Below, in pieces: positions 40,584-51,299 of a stretch of 64,000 bases of DNA (position 1 is its first letter; the number at the start of each line of letters is the position of its first letter). Below the pieces are notes generated by a model. That model was not told where the DNA came from, did not search any database, and worked only from the letters and a program-made list of their open reading frames with translations. This DNA comes from Bacillota bacterium. Lineage in GTDB: Bacteria > Bacillota > Ch66 > Ch109. Made by a program: the position numbers and the translations under genes. The stretch is taken from contig JABLWZ010000002.1 of NCBI GenBank assembly GCA_013178275.1, positions 162,416 through 226,415 on the forward strand. Direction: 5' to 3'.

Positions 40584-41687
40584 ATGAAAAACATTATTGA
40601 TTACGCAATAGAAGAAAGTGATACTTTTAAAAATAGAAAATTCAACGCGGCTGACAGCCTGGTTTTATCCCAATTGGCGTATCTGCGTTTTGATAAGTTC
40701 GTACCCGGTTTATTTGATACCGCGACGCCGGTAAGCATAAAAGAAATAGCAAGCAAGGAAAACCTGGATATGCTGTTTCGTGATACATGGAACAGTAAAA
40801 ACAACCGGCGTCTATTCTTTGCGCTGGCGAACAGTTCAAGGTTTCGTGACTTGAAAATGGTTTTTTATGTCAATAAAATAGACAACAAGACTGAGAAGCA
40901 GTTCTCAGCCATTACGTTTTTGCTGGACGACTGTTCAGCCTATATCGCTTATCGCGGAACCGATTCAACCTTTATTGGATGGAAAGAGGATTTTAACATG
41001 GCATTCATCAGCCCTGTTCCCTCACAGGAAGAAGGAGTCGCCTACCTGAATGCCGTTGCCGACAGAATTTCATGCAAATTAAAAATTGGCGGACACTCAA
41101 AAGGAGGAAATATTGCGGTCTATTCCTCTATAAAATGCCACAGACCCGTTCAAAAAAGGATTACGCATGTCTTTAGTCACGATGGACCCGGATTTAGGGA
41201 TGAAGTTTTTCTATGCCACGACTATTTAATTGTGAAAGATCGAATCCATAAGACTTTGCCGCAGTCATCCATAATCGGAATGCTTTTGCAGCATCAGGAA
41301 CACTATTCTGTAGTAAAAAGCAATCGCCTCTGGTTTATGCAGCACGATCCTTTTTCATGGCTGATTGACGGCAGCGATTTTCAATATATGCAATCCGTGA
41401 AAAAAAGCGCGCTTTATATGAATGGAACGCTAAACCAATGGGTTAACTCCTTTGACGACCAAAAACGAGAACTGTTTGTTAATACTCTTTTTCAGATTAT
41501 CCAAGCAACAAGTGCCACAACATTTTATGATCTGACAGGAGATTGGCCCAAAAAGGCTGTTGCCATGCTCGGCGCGATCAAAGGTATCGATGATGAGACA
41601 AAAGCGTTTATTTTTCAAACCATAAGGGCTCTGTTTGTTTTAGCTGTGAAAAATATACGAGAGATAAGGTCGGAGAATTTACAATAA
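40584..41687 (+). CDS. DUF2974 (Mbeg1-like) alpha/beta hydrolase, putative lipase
   Basis: DSLVLSQLAY, QFSAITF, YRGTD...GWKEDF, nucleophile elbow GHSKGG, DGPGF, QHD. Confidence 0.85.
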   Translation: MKNIIDYAIEESDTFKNRKFNAADSLVLSQLAYLRFDKFVPGLFDTATPVSIKEIASKENLDMLFRDTWNSKNNRRLFFALANSSRFRDLKMVFYVNKIDNKTEKQFSAITFLLDDCSAYIAYRGTDSTFIGWKEDFNMAFISPVPSQEEGVAYLNAVADRISCKLKIGGHSKGGNIAVYSSIKCHRPVQKRITHVFSHDGPGFRDEVFLCHDYLIVKDRIHKTLPQSSIIGMLLQHQEHYSVVKSNRLWFMQHDPFSWLIDGSDFQYMQSVKKSALYMNGTLNQWVNSFDDQKRELFVNTLFQIIQATSATTFYDLTGDWPKKAVAMLGAIKGIDDETKAFIFQTIRALFVLAVKNIREIRSENLQ

Positions 41688-41771
41688 GCTTGAAAACTGT
41701 AAACATGCAGTTCTTAAAGCAAGAGAGCAGTTTTGTGCAGCTATTGCCGGAAAAAATGTATTTTGTTATTA

Positions 41772-42065
41772 TCATAAAGATGCTTTTTTTATCCCTGCCG
41801 TACCAAAACTTTTTGGTAACAGAATCGCCCCCACCGCCCGTAAGAAAGCCCCTATCACCGGTAGCTCAAACAGATAGGCTGCCGCCAGGAACGTTATTTT
41901 TCGCGGCCAAAAAGCTGCCAAAAGAAACCCATCCAGCAAGCTAGTATGATTAGCAACCACGATCACCCGCCCACTACTGGGGATATTTTCCTTCCCGGTT
42001 ACTATAGGCCTCCCGTAGAGCCACAATAGCCCCTTGGAAATCACCTTAACCAAAGTATAGACCAT
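41772..42065 (-). pseudogene. 1-acyl-sn-glycerol-3-phosphate acyltransferase (PlsC-like), truncated
   Basis: GKENIP...VANHTSLLD (HX4D). Similarity stops after LRAVGAI; no FPEGTR block. Confidence 0.75.
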
Positions 42066-42099
42066 CCCGCAGCTTCACAACCTTCTCCTATCGTGTTCT

Positions 42100-45000
42100 C
42101 TAGTCGCTGATCGATACATCCTCTATTTCCGTTCCCGGCTTCACTTTATACCATGCGGCGTACATGGTCGGCAAAACCAGCAGCGTCAACAGGGTAGCGG
42201 CAAAAAGCCCCCCGGCGATAGCCACTGCCATTGGTCCCCATAAAACACTGGTGGTCAATGGAATCATGCCCAGGATAGCCGCGGCCGCGGTTAGCACTAT
42301 AGGACGAAATCTCTGCACCGCCGCATGTATTATGGCATCCCAGGTAGACTCTCCAGCCTTGAGCTGCTGTTCTATCTGGTCAATTAAGATGATAGAATTG
42401 CGGATGATAATTCCCGCCAACGCTAGAATCCCGCAATATACCACAAAACACAGGGGCTGCCGGGTAAGCAGAAGGATGGGAGCCACCCCAATCATCCCTA
42501 AAGGGGCGGTCAGCAGGGTCAGTATCATTTTCGGCATGCTCCTAAGCTGCAGCATCAGTAGGATGACTATCACAATTATCATCAAGGGGACCTGCTTAAC
42601 CAGATTAGCGATGGCCAGATCAGCCATCTCCTTGATCCCCCCGACCTCGATGGTGTATCCGAGCGGCAGTCCCTCACGTATCCCTTTAAGGCTGTCGTAA
42701 ACCCGCTTGGTCGCATCTATGTCTGTGATACCAGATCCCGCCTTCGCCTGAACGGTGATAGACGGTTTTAAATCGCGCCGTCCCAGTAGACCTTCTTCAG
42801 CACCGTAGCTGATCCTGGCCACCTGGTCTAAAGGAACAAACTGGCCGCTTCCGGTCGGAATGTTTAAGTCTTTAATCCCAGTTAGATTGGCCCGGTTCAT
42901 CGCGTCGAGTCGGAACACCATGCTGACCGTCCGGTCTTTTTCTCTATACTCAGATATCGGAGCGCCGGAAAGCTGCGACTGCAGGGTTGAGGCCAAGCTT
43001 TGACTGTTAACTCCCAGCATCCTGGCCTTATCCTGATCAACCTCCAAATGTATTACCTTGCTCTTTTCACTCCAGTCAAGGTTTACGTCATTGAGATAGG
43101 GCTGGGATACCATAACCGACTCGACCTGCTTGGCGATCTCCCGCACCTTGCCTTCATCCTCGCCGGTGACCCGCAGCATCACTGGATAATTGAACATCGG
43201 AGCGGTTTGGAGCATTCTAACCTGCCCAAGAACAGATGGAAACTGTTGAGATAAAGTTTCATTGATTTTATTACAGAGTCGGTCACGGGCATCGACATCC
43301 CTGGATACAATCATGAATTGAGCTATACTGGAATCGGGGACCGAAGGAAAAAAGGTTATCAAAAACCGCGGCGCTCCCTGCCCCACATAATAGCTGTAAT
43401 TTACGATATCAGGATCACCCTCCAGGGTCTGGGCGAATTTATTGGCTTCTGCATCCGCGGCTTGTATAGAAGCTCCTTCCGGCAACTTCATATCAACAAT
43501 GATTTCCGGCCTGGACGGTGGCGGGAAAAAATCATTTTTAAGCAATGTCATCAGCAAAATAGAACCGAGAAAAGCCGCCAGGGTCAGAGCCAGGACCAGT
43601 TTGCGGTGATTTAAACACCAGATGAGGATCTGCTTGAATAAGCGGTAAAACTTTGTATCATATAGATCGAAGGAACGTTCGTGAGTCGCCGGTTTGACCT
43701 TGATCAAATGATATCCCATCAGGGGAGTGGCAGTGCCGGCCACCACCCAGGATATAAGCAAAGCCATGGCTACCACCAGGAACATGCTGCCCAACAGCTC
43801 GCCCACCGATCCTTTGGTAAGCCCCATGGGAATAAAGCCGGCACTGGTAATCAGCGCCCCGGTCAACCGGGGACCCGCCGTGGATGCGAAAGCGAAACTG
43901 GCTGATCTTCCGCGATCCCACCCTTGTTCCAGTTTCACCTTCATCGACTCCACGACAATAATGGCGTCATCGACTAGCAATCCCAGGGCCACGATCAAAG
44001 CTCCCAGCGAAACCTTGTGTAGATCGATACCAGTGGTTTTCATCCCAATTAGAACCCCGGCGATCACCAGGGGAATACATAAAGCCACCACTATCCCGGT
44101 GCGCATTCCCAGGCTCAGGAAGCATACCAGGAGAACGATAGCAATGGCGATAATTAAGGTTATAACGAATTCGTTAATCGCTTCCTTTACCACCGCGGGT
44201 TGATCCGCCACTCGGTTTAACTCCATACCCAGCGGCAGGTCCTGATTGATCTTAGCGATGTTCTCGTTCAGATCTTTTTCCAGGTTTAAAATGTTCCCTC
44301 CTTCTTCCATGGATATGGCCAATCCGACCGCCGGTTGGCCATTAAAATACATTTTCGGTTCCGGGGGGTCGGCGTATCCCCGCTTCACAGTGGCGATATC
44401 ACCCAACCGGAAGGTGCCGCTGCTGGCGTTAACCGGCATATTACGGATGCTGTCAACATCGTCAAACATGCCGGATACGCGTAAATAAACTCTATCAGAA
44501 GAAGTCTCGATCATCCCTGAGGGGGTCATGGCGTTTTGCGCCTGCAGAGAAGCGATGATCGAGTTAGGGTTTATCCCCAGTTTGGAAAGCTTGCTGCTCT
44601 CCATTTCTATGTAGATTTTTTCGGGCTGCACCCCGATAAGTTCCACTTTTTTTACATCATTAACCCCCAACAGAGTTCGGCGTATCCGTTCCGCCTCCGC
44701 TCTCATGTCTTCATATGTAAAACCATCCGAAGTAAGCGCATAGATTGAGCCAAAGACATCCGCATAATCATCGTTAAAATATGGCCCTACCACCCCTGAC
44801 GGCAGTGTATCCTTGATGTCGAGAACTGAGTTGCGGACCTTGAACCAGGTCGGTTGGAGCTGATCCTTGCCGACCTCGACCTTCAAGTTGACATAGATGA
44901 CCGACTGTCCAGGCGTCGAATAACTCTGCAGATAATCGAGCCCGGGCGTGTTCTGGAGCTGCTTTTCTATCTTGTCGGTGACCTGTTCTTCAACCTGCTG

Positions 45001-45177
45001 GGCGCTTGCGCCTGGCCAGGCAGTTGAAACCACCATCTGTCGGATCACATAATCCGGATACTCCATCCTTCCCAGGCTCTGGTAAGAGTAGGCACCCACA
45101 ATAAACGCCAGAATGATAAAAAAATAAATCACCGACTTGTTTTCCAGCGCCCATTCGGTTAAGTTAAAATTCTTCAT
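42100..45177 (-). CDS. RND efflux permease (AcrB/AcrD/AcrF family)
   Basis: 1025 aa; WPGASA..VEEQVT, GLLVDDAI, RFRPIVLT. Confidence 0.92.
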   Translation of the reverse strand: MKNFNLTEWALENKSVIYFFIILAFIVGAYSYQSLGRMEYPDYVIRQMVVSTAWPGASAQQVEEQVTDKIEKQLQNTPGLDYLQSYSTPGQSVIYVNLKVEVGKDQLQPTWFKVRNSVLDIKDTLPSGVVGPYFNDDYADVFGSIYALTSDGFTYEDMRAEAERIRRTLLGVNDVKKVELIGVQPEKIYIEMESSKLSKLGINPNSIIASLQAQNAMTPSGMIETSSDRVYLRVSGMFDDVDSIRNMPVNASSGTFRLGDIATVKRGYADPPEPKMYFNGQPAVGLAISMEEGGNILNLEKDLNENIAKINQDLPLGMELNRVADQPAVVKEAINEFVITLIIAIAIVLLVCFLSLGMRTGIVVALCIPLVIAGVLIGMKTTGIDLHKVSLGALIVALGLLVDDAIIVVESMKVKLEQGWDRGRSASFAFASTAGPRLTGALITSAGFIPMGLTKGSVGELLGSMFLVVAMALLISWVVAGTATPLMGYHLIKVKPATHERSFDLYDTKFYRLFKQILIWCLNHRKLVLALTLAAFLGSILLMTLLKNDFFPPPSRPEIIVDMKLPEGASIQAADAEANKFAQTLEGDPDIVNYSYYVGQGAPRFLITFFPSVPDSSIAQFMIVSRDVDARDRLCNKINETLSQQFPSVLGQVRMLQTAPMFNYPVMLRVTGEDEGKVREIAKQVESVMVSQPYLNDVNLDWSEKSKVIHLEVDQDKARMLGVNSQSLASTLQSQLSGAPISEYREKDRTVSMVFRLDAMNRANLTGIKDLNIPTGSGQFVPLDQVARISYGAEEGLLGRRDLKPSITVQAKAGSGITDIDATKRVYDSLKGIREGLPLGYTIEVGGIKEMADLAIANLVKQVPLMIIVIVILLMLQLRSMPKMILTLLTAPLGMIGVAPILLLTRQPLCFVVYCGILALAGIIIRNSIILIDQIEQQLKAGESTWDAIIHAAVQRFRPIVLTAAAAILGMIPLTTSVLWGPMAVAIAGGLFAATLLTLLVLPTMYAAWYKVKPGTEIEDVSISD

Positions 45178-45236
45178 GACGCTACCTCACAGACAGAGTT
45201 AATTAACAAAAATCGCTGTTATTAATCGAAACTCCC

Positions 45237-46334
45237 TTAATAAGGAGTGTCCCCGAGACGAACCTTTTGCCCCTCCTTCAGTTTATGTACACCCGCAGTA
45301 ACCACAATATCCCCTTCTTTAAGGCCCTCGATCACCTGCACCTGGTTGTCGCCAAACGCACCGACTTTAACCGATCTCAGGTTTGCGACGCCATCATTCA
45401 CTACCCATACCGAAGGCGTGTCTCCCGTCTGGTAAATCGCCGCCAGTGGAAGGAAAACCGCCGCCTTATCCCTTTGATTGACTACCATAACCGAAGCGGT
45501 CATCCCCAGCTTCAACTGGGGTGGGGCGTCTAACAGGCTCACGCGTATCTTATATGTGCGGGTCGTGCTGTCGGCCATCGGCGCCACCTCTCTCAGCTGG
45601 CCATTCAAAACGACATCCGGAAGCGCCCAGAATGTAACTTTTATCTGCCGGGCGTTGCAGATCTCTTCCAGGCGGTTCTCCGGGATATTGATTTCTATCT
45701 CCTTTTCGCCATCCTGCACCAGAGTCACCACCGTCTGACCAGCCCCAACAATCTGCCCGATCTCGGCATTAACGCTCGCCACAACCCCGGCGTTATCTGA
45801 GTATAACCGGCAGTAGTTTAATTTGTTGCTGCTGCCTTCATACTGGGCCTGGGCCTGGCGGAACAAGGCCTCGGAAGTATCAGCGGCGTTTTTTATCCGA
45901 TCGTAATCCGCTTGGCTGACTGCTTTATTTGCATACAGCTGTTCGTAACGGGCCAGGTTTTCTTTCGCTAGACTATATTGCGATTCGGCTGCGGAAACCT
46001 GAGCTTCCAAGCTGTCGACTTCTTTTTGAATGTCTTGCGGGTCTAACTGCATGATGATCTCGCCCGGTTTGACTGCACTGCCGAGGTCGACATAACGACC
46101 GATGACCTTGCCGCCCACCTGAAAAGCCAGATGGTTTTCATGGCGGCCCTTTACCACCCCTGAATAGGAATAGCTTTGCTCCGGCCCAATATTCTTTACA
46201 ACCGTAGAGCGCACCAGCGGTATAGCTTCCGCTTCCTCAATATGGACATAACTTTTTAACATCAGGCCCGCCACCAGAGCGATCGCCAAAATCCCTACCA
46301 CCGTATAACATATCAGTCGGTTTCTTCGGCTCAA
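45237..46334 (-). CDS. RND adaptor (membrane fusion protein)
   Basis: N-terminal TM, LAFQVGGKV, GQIVGAGQ, LKLGMTA, GLKEGDIVV. Confidence 0.9.
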   Translation of the reverse strand: MSRRNRLICYTVVGILAIALVAGLMLKSYVHIEEAEAIPLVRSTVVKNIGPEQSYSYSGVVKGRHENHLAFQVGGKVIGRYVDLGSAVKPGEIIMQLDPQDIQKEVDSLEAQVSAAESQYSLAKENLARYEQLYANKAVSQADYDRIKNAADTSEALFRQAQAQYEGSSNKLNYCRLYSDNAGVVASVNAEIGQIVGAGQTVVTLVQDGEKEIEINIPENRLEEICNARQIKVTFWALPDVVLNGQLREVAPMADSTTRTYKIRVSLLDAPPQLKLGMTASVMVVNQRDKAAVFLPLAAIYQTGDTPSVWVVNDGVANLRSVKVGAFGDNQVQVIEGLKEGDIVVTAGVHKLKEGQKVRLGDTPY

Positions 46335-46372
46335 GGATTATTCACCTCCAAAATTCCCACAACCGCCAAACC

Positions 46373-46401
46373 ATTGGTACCAATCTGGTTACATTGGTAC
46401 C
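46373..46401. promoter_or_regulatory. Putative TetR operator upstream of the efflux operon
   Basis: Palindrome ATTGGTACCAAT plus a second ATTGGTACC; shares its core with 47079..47094. Confidence 0.6.
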
Positions 46402-46429
46402 GCCAAAAAAAACACGTGTTTCACAGTTA

Positions 46430-47035
46430 TCAATAAAGCCAACTGTTACACAGAAAAGGCATCCGGTTAGTCTTTTTATCCGGTTCGACCAGTCCGTTGA
46501 GCAGTATATCGACCATGATTGATGTCGCTTCTTTTGGAATAAGATTATTTTGGCTCATGTATTTATAGTTGGATAGCTGGTCGGATATGCCATTAAATAT
46601 CATCTTGATGACAGCCGGGTCCACAGGTCTAAAATACTTGGCCTCAACCCCTTTACGTATAATCTCTTCGATCAGGTCCCATTCTTCATCGCGAAAACGG
46701 TTGATTTTTTCCCTTTCCTCCGGCAGGTAGCGCATAATATCATCCAGGATGCGTGACATCAACGGGTCGTATCTTTTTAAGGGGTAGATGACTTGAAACT
46801 GCTTAATTTTTTCGGCCATTGAAAGCCCGTCATCTTTTATAACAGCCATTCCCTGCTGGCGTATATCGTTCAAAAATTGGTCAACGATCGCCCCAATCAG
46901 TTCTTCCTTGGAGTCGAAGTATTCATACAGGGTACGCTTGCTGACAGCTAGTTTCTGTGCCAGGTCACTCATGGTAAACTTGATGCCTTGAACAGCCATC
47001 TCTTCAGTTGCCGTCATTAGAATCCGGTTTCGCAA
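46430..47035 (-). CDS. TetR-family regulator of the RND operon
   Basis: GIKFTMSDLAQKLAVSKRTLYEYFDSKEEL. Confidence 0.9.
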   Translation of the reverse strand: MRNRILMTATEEMAVQGIKFTMSDLAQKLAVSKRTLYEYFDSKEELIGAIVDQFLNDIRQQGMAVIKDDGLSMAEKIKQFQVIYPLKRYDPLMSRILDDIMRYLPEEREKINRFRDEEWDLIEEIIRKGVEAKYFRPVDPAVIKMIFNGISDQLSNYKYMSQNNLIPKEATSIMVDILLNGLVEPDKKTNRMPFLCNSWLY

Positions 47036-47060
47036 AACTAATCACCCTCTGTCAGAAGCT

Positions 47061-47094
47061 AATGGTACTTAATTAGTTCCAATGGTACCATTGG
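47061..47094. promoter_or_regulatory. Putative TetR autoregulatory operator
   Basis: Perfect 16-bp palindrome CCAATGGTACCATTGG plus AATGGTAC, close to a minus-strand TTGACA (47105-47110). Confidence 0.65.
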
Positions 47095-47240
47095 CTTCTT
47101 CCCGTGTCAATAGAATTATTTATCCCTTAACCCTCAGTGCACGAGAAAAATAAGAAAGGGAATAAATAAACGAGACCGACATAATAGAATCGAATTAGAT
47201 AAGATATTATAAGATATTGATATAATTATTCCACTAATAA

Positions 47241-48452
47241 ATGATCCTAGAACCTGGAGTGACGATTTTGGATATTCTTAATTTGCCTGGTTTTAAAGTG
47301 CTTAAAACAGAAGAGAATCAGTACGATTATAGGACAACCACCGAGTTAACGGAAAAACCAGGTTGTTGCCCCCATTGCGGCAGCAAACCAAATTTGTATC
47401 TTCACGGAAGCCGTGAACAATTGGTTCGTGACACTAGTATCCACGGTAAAAGAGTGGGGATTCTTTTTTTACGTAAGCGTTATAAATGTCGTGAATGTGG
47501 GTCAACTTTCTATAAATCCGCACCTGCTATCGACAAAAAGCACGTTTCACTACGAGGCTGGTTGAATGTATTCAGCAACAGGCTTTGGGCCAGCCATTCC
47601 TTCATATTGCAGAAGAAATAGGCATTAGTCATACAATTGTACGCAAAATCTTTAATGAATTTGCAGAAAAGAAAGCAAGCGAGACTCGGCTGATTACCCT
47701 ACTAGTTTTGGGAATTGACGAAATTCATGTTTCTAAGAAGCCCAGAGGCATCCTCTGAAATATCGAAGAAAATACTGTCGTAGAAATGTTGCCCAATCGC
47801 AATAAAGAAACAATCCTTGCGGCTTTACGTAAGTTCGATTCCAATAAGGTTGAAATTGTTGCAATAGATATGTGGAAGCCCTACCGGGATGCAATAATGC
47901 AAGTGTTGCCCGGCGCAACTGTAGTTGTAGATAAATTTAATGTTCTCCGCATGCGTCGGATGCAATGGAAAAAATACGGAAAGCCATACGCGATAAAACC
48001 CCAGACAAACAACGACGACAGTTAAAACGAGATAAGTTTATTCTTCTTAAAAACGGCAAAGAACTAACCATTCAAGAGCAGTTATTATGGAAGCCTGGTT
48101 AGGCACATTTCCAGCTTTAGAGAAGGCTTGGAATCTCAAGGAACAGTTATATCAAGTCTATTAGCCAAAAGACATAATTGAAGCAAAAGCAAGGTATCGG
48201 GAATGGAAATCAAAAATCACCCCAGAAGTAGCTCCTTTTAATGATGTAGCTAAAAAACTATTGATAATTGGCAAAGAGAAATATTCAATTACTTCTTACA
48301 GAGAATACACAAACGCTTACAGCGAAAGCATAAATAATCTCATACGATTGATTGAACGTACCGGAAGGGGTTATTCTTTTGAAGTCTTGCGATATAAAGT
48401 TTTGTTCGGAATAAAGCATAAAAAGATCCCTAAATATGATGACAATAAATAG
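47241..48452 (+). pseudogene. ISL3-family transposase pseudogene
   Basis: Zn ribbon CPHCG...KRYKCRECG, then GIDE, AIDMWKPY, VVDKF and TNAYSESINN spread over several frames with stops. Confidence 0.85.
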
Positions 48453-48635
48453 AGTCGAACCATTTTATTTAAAGTTTTTTCTTTTCTCCATTATCATAAG
48501 TGTTAACTTTCTTGTTAGAAACATAATTTAAGGGCGCTTGTACCCTAACAATCTGCGAAAGTGCCGGTTCCAAGCGGATTCCAAGGCATGGGATATTAGA
48601 TTAGATGTTATTTTCAGCGTTTATATAAGGTGTCA

Positions 48636-49652
48636 TCATTTTGATGATTTCGGCAAGGGTGCGGCCGGTTCCGCTCTCTCTTTTTTGTGCCTGTCATATG
48701 ACTGACCCTCAGGCCGGATCGTCCTGTACCCTTCTGGCACGCCAATCTTCCGGCTAATTTCCTCCATATCACGCGACCATTCAAGTGTTACCAGCGGCAG
48801 CCCGGCCCCGCCTCTTATGGAGCATACAAAGTCATGCACCGCATTCCTGCACGAAGCGGAAACGCCCTTTTCGGCAATATATACGCCAAAAATGTTGCCA
48901 TAAGAGATGGCGCGGCGGACATATTCCGTGGAGGTCGCTTCTGAGAAGGTGCTTTCATCATAGTTTGTATGAAAACCATAAAAACAACGGTTGTTTTTAA
49001 GAATATGAAAAGCTTTGAGGCAACTTTCATCAGTAAGGCTTGCATCTGTTGCTTGTACAGAAACCATAGTATTATGCAGTTTACTAAGAGCTTCAGCAGT
49101 TTGATCCGTAATTAAGTCGGGAAATACTTTGAATACAAATAAGCATTCATCAAATCGCTTTGCTATTTCACATAAAGCGATGATGTTGCTTGCTTCATGG
49201 AAGCAGAAGATATAGCTGTAAATACCCATATCCCGCCCTTCCCTTATGAAATGCTCCATCTGATGAAAAAAATCTGAACCGGATTCGTAAACATCAAAAA
49301 TCAGAAGCCATGGAAGAGACCCCCCAAAATAATCCTGTCTTTTTTTCAGCTTATTAGCCCCATATATCAGGCTGCTGTATCCCAGATTCAGACCGACTTT
49401 TTTTATCGTATCGTTGTTAACATCGGAAATTATTCTTTTAACCAGCGAATTATAAGGATTCTTTGGATTGGTAATGACCTTTTTGGCGGCATCAAAAAAA
49501 CATTTCTGATTTTCACTTGTTGAAAAAAGTAGGCCCAAATCAATCAGGTTTCTTATGCTGCGTCTTGTGTTGCTTTTCATATCTTCCATAGCCTTGCTGA
49601 CAGCTATATTGATTGTCTGCCTTATCAGCCTATGCTGCAACTCCAACAGCAA
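48636..49652 (-). CDS. Radical-SAM-fold paralog lacking the CX3CX2C motif (putative pseudoenzyme)
   Basis: Colinear similarity by eye with 49830..51212, with no cysteine triad after PWLLIFD. Confidence 0.65.
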   Translation of the reverse strand: MLLELQHRLIRQTINIAVSKAMEDMKSNTRRSIRNLIDLGLLFSTSENQKCFFDAAKKVITNPKNPYNSLVKRIISDVNNDTIKKVGLNLGYSSLIYGANKLKKRQDYFGGSLPWLLIFDVYESGSDFFHQMEHFIREGRDMGIYSYIFCFHEASNIIALCEIAKRFDECLFVFKVFPDLITDQTAEALSKLHNTMVSVQATDASLTDESCLKAFHILKNNRCFYGFHTNYDESTFSEATSTEYVRRAISYGNIFGVYIAEKGVSASCRNAVHDFVCSIRGGAGLPLVTLEWSRDMEEISRKIGVPEGYRTIRPEGQSYDRHKKERAEPAAPLPKSSK

Positions 49653-49728
49653 ACAACTCCCTTTTAAATAATAAAGTACATTATTTAATATACCCCAAAG
49701 CGGAGATGTGCTCTATTGACAGATATTT

Positions 49729-49755
49729 GCTTGTGTAAAGTTTCTTTACACAAGC
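49729..49755. promoter_or_regulatory. Palindromic operator in the divergent promoter region
   Basis: GCTTGTGTAAAG-TTT-CTTTACACAAGC, perfect 12-bp arms, downstream of TTGACA at ~49716. Confidence 0.65.
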
Positions 49756-49829
49756 TGTTTTTGTCTAATTACTCAAAATATGCTCTATGCTACACTTCAT
49801 CATAGATTAATTTGATTGGGGGCTGTATC

Positions 49830-51212
49830 ATGAACAAAATTATCGGGTCTACAGGGATGAAGCTGGCATATGCCTACTTAAATTCCAATCCTGAAAGGAA
49901 TGTGCCAAAACTCATGGATTGGGTAGATCGTATGGCTATAAACAATACAATGGAAGGTCAGCGCAAGGCGATCCGTAAGATCATCGAAGATAAGGACAAC
50001 AACTGGTATAAGCTGATTCTCAGTATGTGGACAGATGTTGATCCCGGGGTGCGGAAGGCGTTTTTCAATAATTTCGTATTAAATGAAAACTTCATCGGAT
50101 GGCCCATACAGGAGAAAAACCGGGAAAAGTACGGCTGTAACATACCATGGGCAATCCTGATGGACCCCACCTCAGCCTGCAACCTCAAATGCACAGGCTG
50201 CTGGGCGGCGGAGTACGGCAATAAAATGTCTATAAGCTATGAAATACTGGATAGCATCATTCAGCAGGGTAAGGAACTTGGGGTATATTTTTTCCTCTAT
50301 TCCGGCGGAGAGCCGCTTGTACGAAAGGCGGATATTATACGTCTTTGTAAAAAACATAGCGATTGTCAGTTCCTGGCGTTCACGAACGGCACGCTGATTG
50401 ACGAGGCGTTTGCCGACGAAATGCTGCGCGTCAGGAATTTTGTACCGGCCCTCAGCATCGAGGGATTTGAGGACGCCACGGACTCCCGTCGCGGCAAAGG
50501 CACTTATCAGGCGGTCATACACGCTATGGATATCCTCCGGCGGAAAAAACTCATATTCGGCGCTTCTCTCTGCTATACGCGCGATAACACCGAGGTGATC
50601 GGCAGCGAAGAATTTTTCGATTTCCTGATCGACAAAGGGGTGAAATTCGCGTGGTTCTTCACCTATATGCCGGTGGGCGCGGATACGACGCCTGATTTAC
50701 TGGTAACCGCCGAGCAGCGTGAGTTTATGTACCGCCAGATCCGTCACTTCCGCGGAACTAAGCCTCTGTTCACCTTGGATTTCTGGAATGACGGCGAATA
50801 TGCAGGCGGCTGTATCGCTGGCGGGCGCAGGTATCTGCATATCAACGCTAACGGGGATATCGAACCATGCGCGTTCATCCATTATTCGGATTCCAATATT
50901 CATGAAAAAACGCTTCTTAAGGCGCTGCAGTCCCCTCTGTTCACACAGTACCACAGGAACCAGCCCTTTAACGACAACCACCTGCGGCCCTGCCCTCTTC
51001 TGGACAATCCGGGCAGACTGACGGCGATGGTGGAGGCATCCGGTGCGGCCTCGACGGATTTCGTCAAACCGGAGGACGTACACAGCTTGAGCGGTAAGTG
51101 TGTGAATGCCGCTAAAAAATGGGCTGTGACTGCGGAAAGGCTGTGGGGTGAATCACACAACTACGCCGGTTGCGCGCAATGCGGTGATGAGGCTCGAAAG
51201 GCCATTGGTTGA
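49830..51212 (+). CDS. Radical SAM protein with SPASM/Twitch domain
   Basis: DPTSACNLKCTGC (CX3CX2C), SGGEP, FTNG, GCIAGG..INANGDIEPCAF, PCPLLD. Confidence 0.9.
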   Translation: MNKIIGSTGMKLAYAYLNSNPERNVPKLMDWVDRMAINNTMEGQRKAIRKIIEDKDNNWYKLILSMWTDVDPGVRKAFFNNFVLNENFIGWPIQEKNREKYGCNIPWAILMDPTSACNLKCTGCWAAEYGNKMSISYEILDSIIQQGKELGVYFFLYSGGEPLVRKADIIRLCKKHSDCQFLAFTNGTLIDEAFADEMLRVRNFVPALSIEGFEDATDSRRGKGTYQAVIHAMDILRRKKLIFGASLCYTRDNTEVIGSEEFFDFLIDKGVKFAWFFTYMPVGADTTPDLLVTAEQREFMYRQIRHFRGTKPLFTLDFWNDGEYAGGCIAGGRRYLHINANGDIEPCAFIHYSDSNIHEKTLLKALQSPLFTQYHRNQPFNDNHLRPCPLLDNPGRLTAMVEASGAASTDFVKPEDVHSLSGKCVNAAKKWAVTAERLWGESHNYAGCAQCGDEARKAIG

Positions 51213-51299
51213 AAAAAACCGGCGCTTTCCTCCAGCCGGGAGACTCATTCTGGCGTGCGCTTGCCATAAAAGCGGCTGCCGTGGCGCAGGGGGCTTGCT

